64,000 bases of DNA. Origin: Marsupella aquatica. Lineage: Eukaryota > Plantae > Marchantiophyta. The stretch is from positions 11,989,832 through 12,053,831 of the forward strand of contig OZ316897.1 of NCBI GenBank assembly GCA_973895155.1. The letters are read 5' to 3'. Below, piece by piece: positions 24,531 through 38,829 of the stretch. The notes below the pieces were generated by a model. That model ran no database searches. It saw nothing but the letters and a program-made list of their open reading frames with translations, and had not been told where the DNA came from. Each line of letters starts with the position of its first letter. The first letter of the stretch is position 1. The translations under genes and the position numbers were made by a program.

Positions 24531-27500
24531 CCGATGTATCGTCAGCCTCGGACGACGGTACAGGAGTGGGTTGAGTGGGTTGAATTGGGTCTGGGTTTTA
24601 TTATTTTTAATGACGTTCTATTATTTTTATCGTTGGTGGGTCTTTACTGTCGTTTTATTGGCTCGCTACAATTTGCATTACTGTTTTATCAGGTTGGGTT
24701 TTGTTAATTAATTTTCTACTGGTCGGAATTTTTTTGTCCCAATCATGAGTGTGGGGCCTTTCTTTTTCGTTTTTTCCGTGTTTTCCGTGTTTAATATAAT
24801 TTTTTTAATAGGTTTTTCCTGTAGTTTTCTGTACTGTACTTTCATTCAGACGGGTCTTTCTAATCTATTTTTATTGGATTGGGTCGTACCACTTGGAGTG
24901 GTCCAAAACAATCGCTTCTGCTAATTATGATACAATTTGTTCCTGCATTATCATTAGCAGTTTATTTTTCAAGTGACTTTGCGTTTTTCTTGGTGTAAAG
25001 GGTAGCTGATTGGGCCCAACTTGCCAAATTGTCAATGCTCTTAGAAATGCTTTTTTAACTTGATTATGAGCCAAAGCAGCAAAGGACCACAGCTCAATAT
25101 GGAACCTAGCTCCTGTTACTGGGACTGGCCCTCACTTTGCCTAACAACCTGGGGAAATGACCATAAGAAGGGGAGGAAAATTGTCAGCAGTTTGCTTGAG
25201 AGCTCAAGCTCAGGCAGCTTCAAGCCTAGGGGGACAAGCTTTGCAAAATTGTGCAGGTGAAAGGGAGAGATGGGGAGCCCAATGTAAGGTTTGAACATCA
25301 ACCTTGCAGCCCAAGTCCTCCGGGAAGGTAAACATATCATCAAATTTTGGGGGAGAAAACCGGGCTGGTACCCGGCTTCTTGCAGTAGGTTCATACACAG
25401 CTATAGTGAATGGGTGACCATTGTGGGAGATTCTGTTGACCACTTATTAACCTGAGAGAGAGAGAGAGATAGAGAGAGAGAGCATATGCTCCTGTAATGG
25501 CAGCATCTCAAGTGTGTCTATATGTTTAATGGGGAATTCTTGACCACCCTTGTCTTGCATCAGTCGTTGTGGTGGGGGCATGTAAAAATGTAAAAAGATT
25601 GTAATCTCTCCAGATTATAGAGTACCAGAGTTGTAACACTATCCATTTTTTTCAAGTTCACATTCCTACTTTGATAATAAGTTTGAGAGCAATCTCTTAC
25701 TTTCCTTTGACGCTACCATCATTTTTATGTTACTAACATATTTGCAGCTGATAAAGTTATTTTACTTTCACCCTAAATCAAGTGCCATGTGACCAGGTGC
25801 AACTGGTCGTGCCAAATCCAACCTGTTTAGATCAATTTGGTGAGAGGTGTTACCTCGGGGGTTTCACTTCCACAAAAATGACACATCACCTGCGACGAAG
25901 TATAAGGTAATTTTATTGGTTCAAAGGGAAAAATTAAAAATTTTCTCAGAATAACAATAGGGTCTTTTAAATCCAATTTTGATACTTATAAGAATATGAG
26001 GGTCTTTCTAACCATATTTTTGGAAAATTCCAAGAATATTCCAACTCTGTAGGGGGTGAACATTTAATCTTTCCAAGGCCTGAAAAAGTCGCAGGTGATG
26101 GGGAGGCCTCCATATAGTGAGACCCCCAAGGGCGTTACAAGTAGGACAGGTCGCAAACTTAGATCAGTTTGTCGGACACGCTTGTAAAAATAAATACCCA
26201 AAATCCATCTTGAGTGAAACTACTTTCATAACATGTACTGTTTATTGTTAAACATTTCAGAGTCTTTTGTGATTAGAGAAGAAAATTATACAGTGCCCGC
26301 ACACTCTTGTTTAGTTGCAACCATAACATGCCTTGCCAAAATGTTTTTGCATGGAGGGGCATTATAGTATAGTCTATAAGGAAACCATGGGGCATTGGGA
26401 TATTTGTCATTTATGGAATATTACTGGGAATATCCTATTGGGGTAAACGTGTAAGCCATTCATCTTATTGTTGTTTGTCAGAGATGATATTGATTCTACT
26501 ATATAGTCCCCAACTTAGCTAGTCTCATCTTTTGTGTAAGTCAAAAGTTAGATATGATTGTTTGGAGTAGTGCAAATCAGTCGATTATCCCTGTAATTAT
26601 GGGATCAGTTATCACTAGTTTATATCAGGTATGAGTATCTCCCATCAGCCATAGGCTTGTGGAACCGTCCTACTCAGCAAGACTGCCACGATGACTCAGC
26701 GGACCTGTCAAGTCAAAAAATTGTCTGGAGAAGGTTAGCCAAGCAAAATTGTGCCTATAATTTTTTCACTCTGCAAGGCTGTTAATTGAAAATTTGACTC
26801 AGGAAATTACTTTTCCAGCTTGAGGAGGCCACCAAGTCTAAAATTGACTTAGCAAGGTCCAGAAATTTCCACCTTGGCAAGGCTGCCGAGAGAAAAAAAA
26901 AAAACCAAACATCACATGATGTTGGGGTTTAGCAAGGGCACTCAAATTCACTAATGAGGGCAACTGGTAAGTACTCAGCTAGGCCCATTGATAGCTTTAT
27001 ACAACCTCAATCACAATGAGTCTTGTTAGGCATTTACTCTAAGGTCTAGAGTTACCATGTGACCATAATTAGTCGAACCGCAATGATGTTTGGTGAAGGT
27101 CAGATGCGCTACTACGATATTCCCTAACAAGACTTAGTTAGGGAATGTAACTTACACTCATTGTTTATTTTTAATTTTGTTTAGGTGGAATTTGTGAAAC
27201 CCCACACAAAAGGAACAATCAGTCATACATTTGAACATTAGACCTATGAGTCTCAGCTTAAGTGATCTACCACACAACCATGCTTCTCTAGGCAACTTAG
27301 GCTAATTGTTACAGAATTACTTGAGAGAGTTTAGTTTGTGGAGACATGGAATGGTTGATGGACTTAGAGTTCAGTAAAATTATCGTGCGGTTCCCTTGGA
27401 AGTGGTCTCCGGTGAAATGAACCACATATTTCTTGTGTCTACTACTTGTTTGTTTGTCAGATGTTGCACTTGTGCAGGTTGTCTATGAGTGGCCATCCTT

Positions 27501-30500
27501 TACTCAACGAGTCCTTGTTCCCTAACTTAATAGCCCATAAAAGTTGAGCCACTAGATTGGTGATAGACCTTTCTCCCTAAAGGTAGCGGTGACCCAGGGT
27601 ACAATTGAACATGGACCTTCTACTAGTGAGTAGGCCTGAGTCATCTTGGCACCTAAGCTAGATAGAATACCCTTGTGGGGGTAGTAAGAGAAAAATAAAG
27701 ACTAACTCAGCACACACTGAAAGCAAACAAACCATCATCCCTCACAACATGTGGGTGAATTGTGAAACAACCCATCTCATAAAGGCCCTTTCCCCAACAG
27801 CAAAGAAGGCTTTGCATAGAGGTGCAAAAGATAATCCTGTTGCTCATAGGCAGTTTCCTCCCACAAAAAGGAAATGATCCTTTCCCAATAGCAAAGGAGG
27901 ATTTGCATCGAGGTACAAAAAATAATCCTATTGCTCATAGGCAGTTTCCCCTCAAAAAGGGAAATAATCCTGGCACGTCCCAGCCAGCAAGCTCCATTCC
28001 ATACAGATGGATTGCGCTCTAACAGCCATATGACATGCATAAAAAATCATGGTGTCAATATTAATGTGACAGAGTATGATCATTCTAATCTTAAAATCTT
28101 ATGACAACAGAGATCATAGACGGCGTTATCTACAGTAGGTATTTACCAAACTATTTCCAAAGTATATACGGGAGTATATGGAATCTGCGAAGATACCCTC
28201 TAGCCTTTAATTAAGTACAAATGGTCCTTACATTGCCCTCTCAGCCAAGGCTAAAAGAGAAAACTAATGGTTGGCATGGTGCATGCACTTCGAAGGATTT
28301 TGACCTTATATTCTATCTTTTCTTATGGCCGCCTTGTACATAGACATCCAATATTCCATCTCAACAATTCTACCTCAATCAAACTACAATATTTTCTAAT
28401 GTTTGGAACCATGAGGTTGTAAATGAGGCACATCGGAGGCTAAGTAAAATCTCCCACTCGTGACTCTTGAAACTACTGTACTTCAGCTCCTCATGCCACC
28501 AACGATCAAGACGGTTCAACTCCTGTATTGAAACGAGACCGACTACCTGCCCTTTGAACATTGATAGAGTGGGTCTAAGTTGAGCTCAATAGATGTGGTA
28601 CAAAAATAGCTCTGTGCAAAGATTCTCTCTCCAATTAGAATAGTCATGGTCTTCAAACTTCGATCTATATTATGGGCCACTACCCTAGTTCTCTTTGGTA
28701 ATTACCAAAGCAGTTAGATATCCTAAACTTGCAACGAGAAAGTACGGTAATTGCACTTTTGCACTTTGCTAAATAGTATGTCAGTTTTGTACTTTCTAAA
28801 CAGTATGTGCCTTTTATACTTTGTAAACAGTATGTCCATATTATACTTTGTTCAAGAAAATTATTTTGTCGTATTGGGAGCTTTCCCCTTGTTTGTTCCA
28901 CTTTATCCAGTCTCTTGCGTTTGTTACTCTGTCTCCCAGTTGGGTTATTTTTTGCTCTTTGGCACTGTGACATATATAAACGATGCTTTCGATACAAGAT
29001 AAAAATTGAACTGTCAATCTGTCCTTATAACTACAGTAAAACAAGTGATTGCTTCAACCACAAGTTCTCAGATTAAATTTTCTTATCACATATAGTATAA
29101 TCGTTTCTGCAAAAGAGCATCTATAGTAACAGTACTAAGAAAAAAAATTAGTATCATGGTCATCTCTTTAGTTCACCATTGGGATGAACTATGATTCAAA
29201 GTTGAAGATTTCATCCAGATATATCTCTACTTTCCACATTAGATTACATCTCAAATAGGTCATATTTTAAAGAAATCATTACAAAACTGTTTCAGGGTAT
29301 GAGAGGCTTATGAGTAGAGGGTGCAATTTAGGTCTATTTATTACAAAATAGCCGTGGTGATTTATAGGCAGGCCATGGCCCCTTTTGTAGTCGCAACTAT
29401 GGTTTAAATCTCCACTTTGGATTTTGGAATAACTACATATTTATTTAAGTTGATGCTCACATGGACCACAATGTTTCACCTTAGTATTCCCATGGACAAG
29501 GTGAGCATTCACTATGAAAAGAAAACATAGTAACCAAATTTCACATTTCAGAGATATGTCTCCAAGCAAGTTTTTTTCAAATATTGTATATATGAGGACT
29601 TCAGTTGGTGCTGTTTTGAAATTCACCCATAGTTCTCATATTTACAAGTATTTAATATGTAATTTTTTTTGGCTTTCATTAAGTCAGATATTGATTCAAA
29701 GTGACTATTTGAAGTTGTCATGCTTACATTTAGATGAGGGCCATAGGACCTTCATACCGTATGCTTACTTACTTCACTGTGAAAAATGGTCCATGCAAGA
29801 ATACAAACGAAGAAAGAGAGAAGGTTAATGTCCTTTATTGAAACCTTGTGAGTGTTTGTTATATTTATACATGGCTCCAAAATCTGAAACCAAAGTCAGG
29901 ATGGACCACATCATGGTGGTCCTTGCAAGAATGAGGCCCATATTTTGATGATTATATGTTTTAAAATAACTTTAGATTCGCAACTGCAAGGCAACTAGAG
30001 AAAGAGGAGACAGATAGCATGAGCACAAATATTTCATATTAACACAATGAAAATTAGTCTAACAGAATTCACCCATCTGCACTTTGTGATGACAGCCTCA
30101 AGGACGCTGGCCATAAAATCACTCTCACTTTTATGGAAGTGTAGCTTATCTACTCCTCTACCAAAACTAAAAAATGTTGGAATTCATGAATATCAAATTA
30201 TTAAACTTAAACTCAACTTTTGAAAAATGTGATCCATAGGGGTTTCAAAGACCAACCTTGTGTTCCATGAGGACTTCAAATTCCCAAAATTTACTTTATA
30301 TATAGACAATTCAAAAATAGAAAATTGGGTGTTTTGATTGGGGTGGCTCAAGGGCAATCTCTCCTTTAGGTTAAAATTATATGTCTGAATTGCCAATTTT
30401 TACTAAATTAACCTATGGGCTTGCTAAAAGGCAAATTTATCCTTTTCCAGCAATAGTAAATAAACCTATTTGATCTGAATTGTCGATTGCGTACTAGATT

Positions 30501-31949
30501 TTATGCTGTCTGTACCATAGGAAACAAAACATTGCCTACTAGGGGGACAGACATAATTATTTGATGGACCCTCAAAATGAAAAATGTGACTTGGTGGAAC
30601 CCATGAATGATCCAGGCGGTGAAAGACTTTAAATCAATGTATTTAAAATCTCATGGAGGTCCATCAGTGGGTTTTCTATTGAGGGGTCCATCTATAAATT
30701 CCTCTACTAGGGGGAGGGACAGACTTGATGGGCTCCCAAAGTAGGACCCCAAAATATCACCCCCATGGCACCATATTATTGGTGAATGCGACATAGCTTC
30801 ATCCTCAGCGTTTGCTCAGCCACCAAAAAAATATAAAATAAAACCTTTCTCAACTCAGTGCAATTTTGGAAAACTGGAATATCTTAGTCCACAAATTGTG
30901 AAAAATGGCATAGCGAAGTCCAAAGGTAACCGTCGACTTCATATTGTGGTCATAGCCCAGTGCAAAATTATTATCGATAGGGTATATTGATAGCGCCTTC
31001 ATTTTCGCCGCATCTTACGCGATCGTGCTTTATCCGTCAGATCTAATTAAACGCGTCAGCTTTTGTATAACTCGTGGAAATTCAGGATATACACTTTAGG
31101 GAATCTATATAAAGACAGAAAAGTCAAAAAGCGAGAAGGCGCAAAAGACAAATCCCATTCATAGTGGCCGTGTTATTTGTATATATGGACGACTGAGATC
31201 GAAGATACTGATTGTGTGTAGTCAAGATCTGGCTCTCCAGGAATAGTTATTTCGGCTGGGTTTAGAATTTTCTACACCTACATCTAGACCTTTGAAAGCC
31301 TAGTGTTGGTGGTCTAGATGAGGATATTCTATGCAGAAACTTGCCCTATAAGACAAAATGCTGGAAAACCCAAGATTCCCTTAAATTCACTTTGTCGTGC
31401 AAGTATCCTGGAAAGTAAAATTGGCAATCACCGAGAGGTGCAGACCCCAACAGGGCTTGCAAGTAACCTCTACGGGACTAGTCAAATGGCCTATGCACAG
31501 GAGTACGCCACCCAAATGCTCAGGTAAACCAGACCTTGGGTTAATCCAACACCTCTTGAGGGGGTTAACTCTCAATAGGACACAATTGAAAAGTGAAAGT
31601 GGACCCTAAAAAGGGATGGAAGCAAAGATTAACAAAACTGACATTGACCTTAAATTAGGACAAAACTAAGAGTGACTCAATAAAGACAATATAGAAGTGA
31701 GGGTGAAAAAAAATAGCGACAGCATCTTTCCTTTGCAAAAATAAATAAATTATCATGGTATCACCATAAAAATTTATTAAAAGAAAAAAGAAAAAAAATG
31801 AACAACAGCATCTTTCTTTTGGAAGATTTTTTTTTGTCTTAGTTTCTATTTAAGTTCAAAGAATGGGTAATCAGGCTAGCGTGTCAAAATTTTAACCAGC
31901 CAGTGATCACTTGCAACCAATACCCAGACTCCCCATGCCAGTTCTTTGT

Positions 31950-32648
31950 GAGGGATATGCTTAATAGACCCCCTCCTGGAGATAGTTTGCTTGATCAGCC
32001 CCCTAGAAACATTTTTGCCCCAATGGACCCCCTCCTTATGATCCGTACCCTTTGTTCTTCTATAATTTATTATAAAGTGAGTTTCTGTCTTACAAAGACC
32101 AAATTGGGTCACTTGTCACTGTAGCCATTTCAACCACGAACCATGCTCAGAATCACAGTGACGAGCGTTGTCAAGCCGCAATTGTTCCCAGGCTGCAAAC
32201 TGAACTATAGGCGTTGAACATTTGCGCCACTTATACATCGACATTAGGGTTATTCTCATACGAAGACATTGACATGAATGTCTTCGCTTTATAAACATCA
32301 TTCCGCATTTTTTTGATATCCTCCCATTCTGTTTTTCTTGTCCACGCTTGAACGGTGACGACTTCTCAACGGCTTTTCACGAGGGGCATGGTTCACATGT
32401 ACAACTGAAGTGAGGTTTAAGGAATGGGAGGCTTGGTCATTGTGATTCTGAGCATGGTTTGTGGTTGAAATGGCTACAGTGACAAGTGACCCAATTTGGT
32501 CTTTGTAAGGCAGAAACTCACTTTATAAGAACTTTTAGAAGAACAAAAGGTACGGATCATAAAGAGGGGGTCGATTGGGGCAAAAATGTTTCCAGGGGCC
32601 TGATCAAGCAAACTATCTCCAGGAGGGGGTCTATTGAGCATATCCCTC
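31950..32648. mobile_element. Non-autonomous Mutator-like element/MITE with ~210-bp TIRs and 10-bp TSD
   Basis: 31950-32161 is the near-exact reverse complement of 32436-32648 (gagggatatgc...gcatatccctc). Flanks are agttctttgt (31940-49) and agttctttac (32649-58). Confidence 0.9.
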
Positions 32649-34804
32649 AGTTCTTTACTCACAAGCATAATTTAAATATTAAACATTTGTAACCAATTAG
32701 ATATAGTCTATAACTTCACTTTCCACAATAATTTGAATCAGATTGCGGATTCTGATATACATGATAACTTTTGTTAAGTAGAAACCTTACCATTAATATT
32801 AAACATGTTAAGGCTCAGCTATATGTCATGCAAAAAATAAAAGTGGGGTAGCTATAAGACCCCGGTATCATGAGGCTCGGGTCGCACAGTCAGACCCTGT
32901 GGTGTTGGTAGACAACTATTATCATGTTAGTGTCCTGGGAGAAAATTTATAGTTCTAGCAATATACAGGTACGGGGACAGGTCCCATTAATTGAAACAAC
33001 CTGAAAGTCATGTGGAGGTGAATGAATTGAACTTGATGGCTGAATTCTATCCTGAGCACTTTGTAAATAGCAGCCTGAGAGCATCTCCACAAGACTGTGT
33101 GGGAGGGGGTGGAAACCAGAACATTAAAGGTGTTGAGTGCGAGCCTGAATTGTCCACGCACTAGTGCTTGCCATATGGGCTGCCAAATACCAGCAACGCA
33201 AGTTTGCTGGCAGAAATTCATTAGCATCCATTTTGACATACAAATTGAACATGAAGCTTGTCCACTTCAACCAAACGGAGCAGCAGAGCCGAATTGCAAT
33301 AGGCTAGGTGCAGTTTCACAATTGGATCACCGATTGGAGGCATTGAGGCTGAATTTGCAGAGGCAAATTGAGATGAAAGTGGCCAATTTGAAGGAATTAC
33401 AAGTCCATGGAGCAGGTCAACTTCAATGGGCCTCTGTCCACGTAGGGCAACAATATAACCTCACAAAAGCAAAGTAGAGGCGGGTCATTGCCAAAATATT
33501 GAGGCCCCACAAAGATCAAAAGAGGGAGTGAGGGAGTCGGGGAGGTAGCAAAGACCTACACAAATATGGGAAGATTACTTTGCCCCAAGTGAACACCGAT
33601 GTACAATGAAATTGATTTTCAAAGACAGTTAAACATGACTATCGTATGCTAACAAAAGCAAATATCATCAAATATATGCTAAAAACTCGGTGTTCATTCC
33701 TGTGGAAGAACAAGAATGAGATGAAAAGATGTTTTGAAGTGTTTTGAGTGATTTATAGATGGTACTCAACATCTATAAGAAAAATAGAATCTTAAACAAA
33801 ACACAATAATTAACAAAATAAGAACAAAAGTGACATTTGTTGAATAATAGAATCTTAGAGCTTTTAGAGGTATAGTTTAGCAATATTTTAACTCCGTCAC
33901 CATGTCTTAAGAAAGAGCTAGGGCATTATTTAAGACGTTGATAAGTCAGACAAACATAACCTTGCTATAACTGCTCTCTAGGTTTCTATCATAAATCTAA
34001 GTTTAAGAAGTGTCTATGCTCACAAAACCCAAGATAAGTTTCGGATTGAGCATATAGTAATGTGTCATTAAAATGCCGGCAACATGTTTTCTTTTTCAAC
34101 GATGCGCAATTCCAAAGGAAATCTAATGCACATTAAGTATACCACAATGGTACTTCAAATCCGTGAATTAAGAATGTCGCTACTTCTTAACATACAGATT
34201 TCTCTTCCTTGATACATGCAATACTTATCTTCCGAAGATAAGTCCTTCATGTAACAGAACTTGATAACAAATGTTGTAGTTTGAATTAGGCACCGACCAA
34301 CGGATCTTCCAATACAAACAACAAGTTGTATTTTTATGGGTTTTACTTCTTACGGTAATTGCAACATGCATTACCATACGAAGGAGGGGTAGACTCCTAG
34401 CACAAGTAATCAAATTCCAAGGTATACATATCTTCCTTGCAAAAATCCATTACACGTACAAGGGACAAAACTCCAAGATGAGGAGATGCAGATAACTATC
34501 CACACTATCTCAAAATGAGACTGGTATCACAATACGTACATGAGATCGCCCACTGGCTAAGGAGAATGAAGAGACATGTCTCTTCATTTCCTAAGTCTAA
34601 ACTAAGTAAACTTCATTTTCTAAGTCTAAACTAAGTAAACTAAAGTCAACATTGACTAAGGAATAGTCAAATAATCAAAACTAGAATAAGCTAATAAAAA
34701 GGTCTACAAACTAAGTAATAACCTCATAGTATAATAAGAGGGGGGTTAACTACAAGTAAAGGAAGGCGAGCTACATAACCAAGGGCTAACTTCCCTTTGG
34801 TCTT

Positions 34805-36530
34805 CTATCCCTTCAAATATTGTCGACGAAAAAGATCCTCAAATAAGTCATGGCTCATTGGTCTTCCGGATGGGATGTCCATCCGGTTCGATCCAAACAA
34901 AGTAATCTGATGGCCACGAAATGTCTGGGGCTGGAAGAGGGAAAGGTGCAATGACCTTTCTACAATGGTAAACCTAACTCCACAAGTCAGGAGTCTCAAT
35001 CAATGGTAGTCTCAGCTTGTCGATAGGTAGCCATAGAATACCACGAGAAATTGGAACCATGTCGTAGGTATGTGGAAAAGGAAAAAACTCACGACCAAAC
35101 ATAAGTGGAGGTAAGAGAGGTGCAAGAGAAATATGTGCATCGATGAGTGACATAATCATCCTATCAAACTCGGCGGGGAAGACATAAAGAGGCTCAATAT
35201 TGGCAACAGAAGAGACAATAGGAGGCTGAGACATCAAAGGGGTAGGAGCTATAAAGGGTACACTGGGAGACTCTACAGTCTCAGGCTCAGTCTCAGTCTC
35301 GGGAATAGGCTTAGGAGTGGGTTCATTTCCTTCCCTAGTAGGAGAGGGAAATGAATCATCAGGGGGCGATAGGGTGGTATCCTCAATGGGGAAAATGGAT
35401 CTGGAGGGGGTACTGGTGAAGGGGGTAAAGGCTCAAGGGTAGGAGATGGAGGGTGCTCGGGTAAAGGGGGTGTAGGTGTGGAGGGAAGAGGAAGTAAAGG
35501 ATCAACAATAGGTATCTCTAGCTCATCCTCATCCATAGGGTGGTCAGGCTGTGGTGAAGGTGCAGGAGGTGAAACATGAGGGGGTGGGGTGGAACGAGAC
35601 TCAAAAATCAAAGTACGAATACGATCAAGCAATAACTGCATGGGAGTACAACTCAAGAGTCTAGTGGCCTCATCTACCAAATGCTGGTTGAAACCAGCCA
35701 CACTAGCTAGTCTCTCGGCATCACCAACAAAATCAGTCCATGACATGTAAGAAGTGGAAGCAACAAAAGAGGGAGAAGTCATCCCTGGTAAATCTAGTGC
35801 TGTCGTTTGCTCCATTGGAGGGGGTCTCGGTGAAGTCATGGGCGGTGGAGTCAACTCTCTCGCTAACTCTGGCTGAGGAAGCTCAAAGTGTCTCACTCTC
35901 CTCCTCCAATCGCTCAGCTCCGCTGGTAACAAGTAGTCTCTCGAAAAGTAGATGTGTGTTAAGTAGAGTGTCAAATAGGTATCACAGGTAGTAGTCAGGA
36001 CAGCCACCTACTTGGCAATCACCTCTGAAAGAGCTAGGGCCTAGTTGATCCTCCTCTTGCCGGTCCATGAAGCGATGATGGAGCTGGTCAAGTAAACCAT
36101 AGCCCTGGTGGGTTTGGTCGGATGAAAGATAGGTACAAGGAATCAGAGTAAATGAGCTAACTCCTGGTTCCTACACTGATCAATCCTCCAACCAGACCTC
36201 TGGTTCTTGGTACCTCTAAAGTAGGGGACAGTCAAGTCCTCCCCAACAAAAATCAATCTCTCTCCCTCCTGGCTCAACTGGTACACCTCAAAAACAATGG
36301 CAACGGTACAAACATCAGCGGAACCTCTAGTAGAACTTTGGAAAGTGCAAGCTCGGGGTGAGCGAAGAAAATCGACAATGATGTATCCATGCACCATATC
36401 CCATGGAATGAAAAGTAAAGAACTCAATCCTATCTCTACCAGGTTACTGAGAAGTCAAAAGTAAGCCTTAGGACCTGGTGGTAAGGTCACCCTAATGGTC
36501 TTACTAACTGGCAAGGTTCTGGTTGCCATA
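34805..36530 (-). mobile_element. Degenerate TE-associated ORF (plant-mobile-domain-like accessory ORF of the kind seen in bryophyte retroelements)
   Basis: Broken frame GWRIDQCRNQELAHLL*FLVPIFHPTKPTRAMVYL...TYLTLYLTHIY followed by a Pro-rich tract. Resembles repeated bryophyte TE-derived proteins as recalled; contains stops. Confidence 0.5.
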
Positions 36531-37639
36531 GCTTCCAAGAAAACAGAAAAATCTAGGGAAACAATCCAACTCAATACTCCTGAATGGCTGACCTTGGGGA
36601 ATCGAGAGTGAAGGTATAAGTTCCTGAGGTAGCTATGCTGCTTCTAGAGAAAGAATGAGCAAAAAATGTCAAGGAGGAAGTAGTACTGATTAGTTGAAAT
36701 TTGAAACTCCATAGCTTTTCTGATTTGAAGATATCAAAGAGCTTCTCTGATTCAATACTCCTCAACGCCTTATCAATGACAGTTCAGAATCGGGGTGAAC
36801 GATCTCTAGGCAGATGCGCTGCTATAGCAAGTGGAATGAGAACAAACAATGGTCGAACGAGTGAGCATCGAAGGTCAAAGCTCGCGCCCTACCATCGGCC
36901 GCCATGGACGTCCTTGAAGAAAAATGAAGAAAAAGTGGTCGGGCCGGTGCAGACATCTAATTAGGTTGTGGCAAGGTGGACGTCCCAGACGTCCCTACAT
37001 GGAGGCCGTCCAAGATGTCCTTGGGTTTTCTATTCTGGCCATCGTGGGAGGCGTCGGGCCGTCCTTGGGTGAAAAGGTGGACGTCTCGAATGTCTTTTAC
37101 ACTGGGCCGTCCAAGACGACACTTCATTTTTGAAATGTTTTCAACTTCCTGCCGTCTTGACATCTAATATGTTTAAACCAGGATGGCCTTGGCGTCTCCC
37201 AATGGTATCCTCACCCATTCAAGCTTAAACTAGATTAATTTTGCTTAAAGGGGCCTTATAAGGACTTAAAGATTTAAAAAAATTATGGTTTTTGATACTT
37301 TAACTCTCCTTTTGGAATAATCACCTAATTGCAATGACCAGAAGACTCTTTCAATTGATCTGAAAACAATTAACTCTGTGAAAACAGTGGGGAAAAAGTA
37401 ATGTGCACGCCTAAGAGGGCAAGATAGGAAAAGACAAAACCAACACAAAACGGAGGAGATGGAGAACCCTCAGAGAAAAGGAAGAGGGCCAAACCAATCC
37501 ATTCTACCTTATGGGAGAAGACTCTTTGATCTCATTTTTGACTTCAATGTAAAGACTTTCCACAACAATTCAAGAATTGGTTGAGGGCCAGTACTCGAGG
37601 AAGCCAAACATAGCTTGGCTTCCAAAGGCTGCTGGCAGC

Positions 37640-38160
37640 CTGGTTGGCAGTCAATGAAAATAGAGGGTTTCATGGGATGTTCGCCCTTGATTGCATGCAT
37701 TACTATTGGAAAAATATCCTATTGCATGGCAAGGGCAATATAGAGATAAAGATGGGCATAAGTCCACAGTATGGAGGCAATTGTAGAGTAGGAGTTGTGA
37801 TTCTGGCATGCATTTTTTGGGCTTCTTGGTGTGAACAACTATCTTGACCGGTCTCCTCTATTGAATTGCACGTTGCACAAGCAGTATAATCAAACTGAAT
37901 TTGTTGTGAATGGAAACTATAAAAAGAGCTCACTTTCAAGTTGATGCCATTTATCCAAAATGGCTAAATTTGTGACAAACCATTCTCCAACCACAATCTG
38001 AGAAAAATGCCGCTATACACAATGTCAAGAAGGATGTTGATAGAGCTTTTAGTGTTCTTCAAGCTAGATGGGGAATAGTGAGACAACCAGTGAGATTGTG
38101 TCACCTGCAGGGTTCACAATATTGTATAATTTTATAGAATGATTATAGAGGATGAGAGAG
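37640..38160 (+). mobile_element. PIF/Harbinger DDE transposase remnant
   Basis: Fragments RGFHGMFALDCMHYYWKN, KKDVDRAFSVLQARWGIV and MIIEDER match Harbinger consensus GFPGMLGSIDCMHW.WKN / RKDVERAFGVLQARW / HNMIIEDER. Frameshifted. Confidence 0.8.
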
Positions 38161-38829
38161 GGGAGGAGCATGAGGATTTTCCTTCTCGGGCCCCTGTCTT
38201 GCCTGTGACAGAGGTTCATTGCCATAGCATGACTTATTTTTGGACCCTGCTGACTAGCAAACACTACCAATTGAGTACTGGTACCCCTGGGCCCTGTCCA
38301 TGGAGCCTTGATTTAAGGGCTATAATTCTATGTTGGTTGCCTCTCCAATCTTGTGATGGCTCCAAGAGCGATCCCTGGAGCACTTCATGGAGGCTGCCCC
38401 CTGCTACTCAACCATAGTGAGGCTGCCTTGGTGGGTACATAGAGAAGTCTTCAAACAGGACTTTACAAGAACTACAAGATGAACACTTCTTCTTTTTCTA
38501 GACTCAGATTTCATCCCAACCATTAGTTTAGGGTGATTGGTCATCCTTGACTTTAGAACTTTGCTGGTGGCCGTTTCAGCTCTGGTTGCCTGAGCCTACA
38601 TGGCAGTTGGTAGGTCCGGAAGAATGGAGGCTGAAATCGTGACCTGTGCACTGTTTTGTGGCCAAAGTTTAGAAGACCAAAGCGCAAGGTGGTCTAAAGC
38701 TTTTGTCCGTTGGCAGGGTCTCTGGAATGGATTGATTGCATTGCCCATGCAGGGCCCTCAGTTTGTCTCAGGCCCCACAGCCTAGATTTTAGGTTGAAAT
38801 GGCTTGCCCAATTTGGTTTGGGAAAAGTA

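Noticed and set aside
33079-33095. Harbinger TIR (gagcatctccac) pairing with the 37.6-38.2 kb transposase remnant
   Set aside because: No convincing matching right TIR or 3-bp TSD could be identified by eye.
34522-34529. tRNA-Met primer binding site (tggtatca)
   Set aside because: Only 8 nt, not preceded by an LTR-ending CA, and no paired LTR found.
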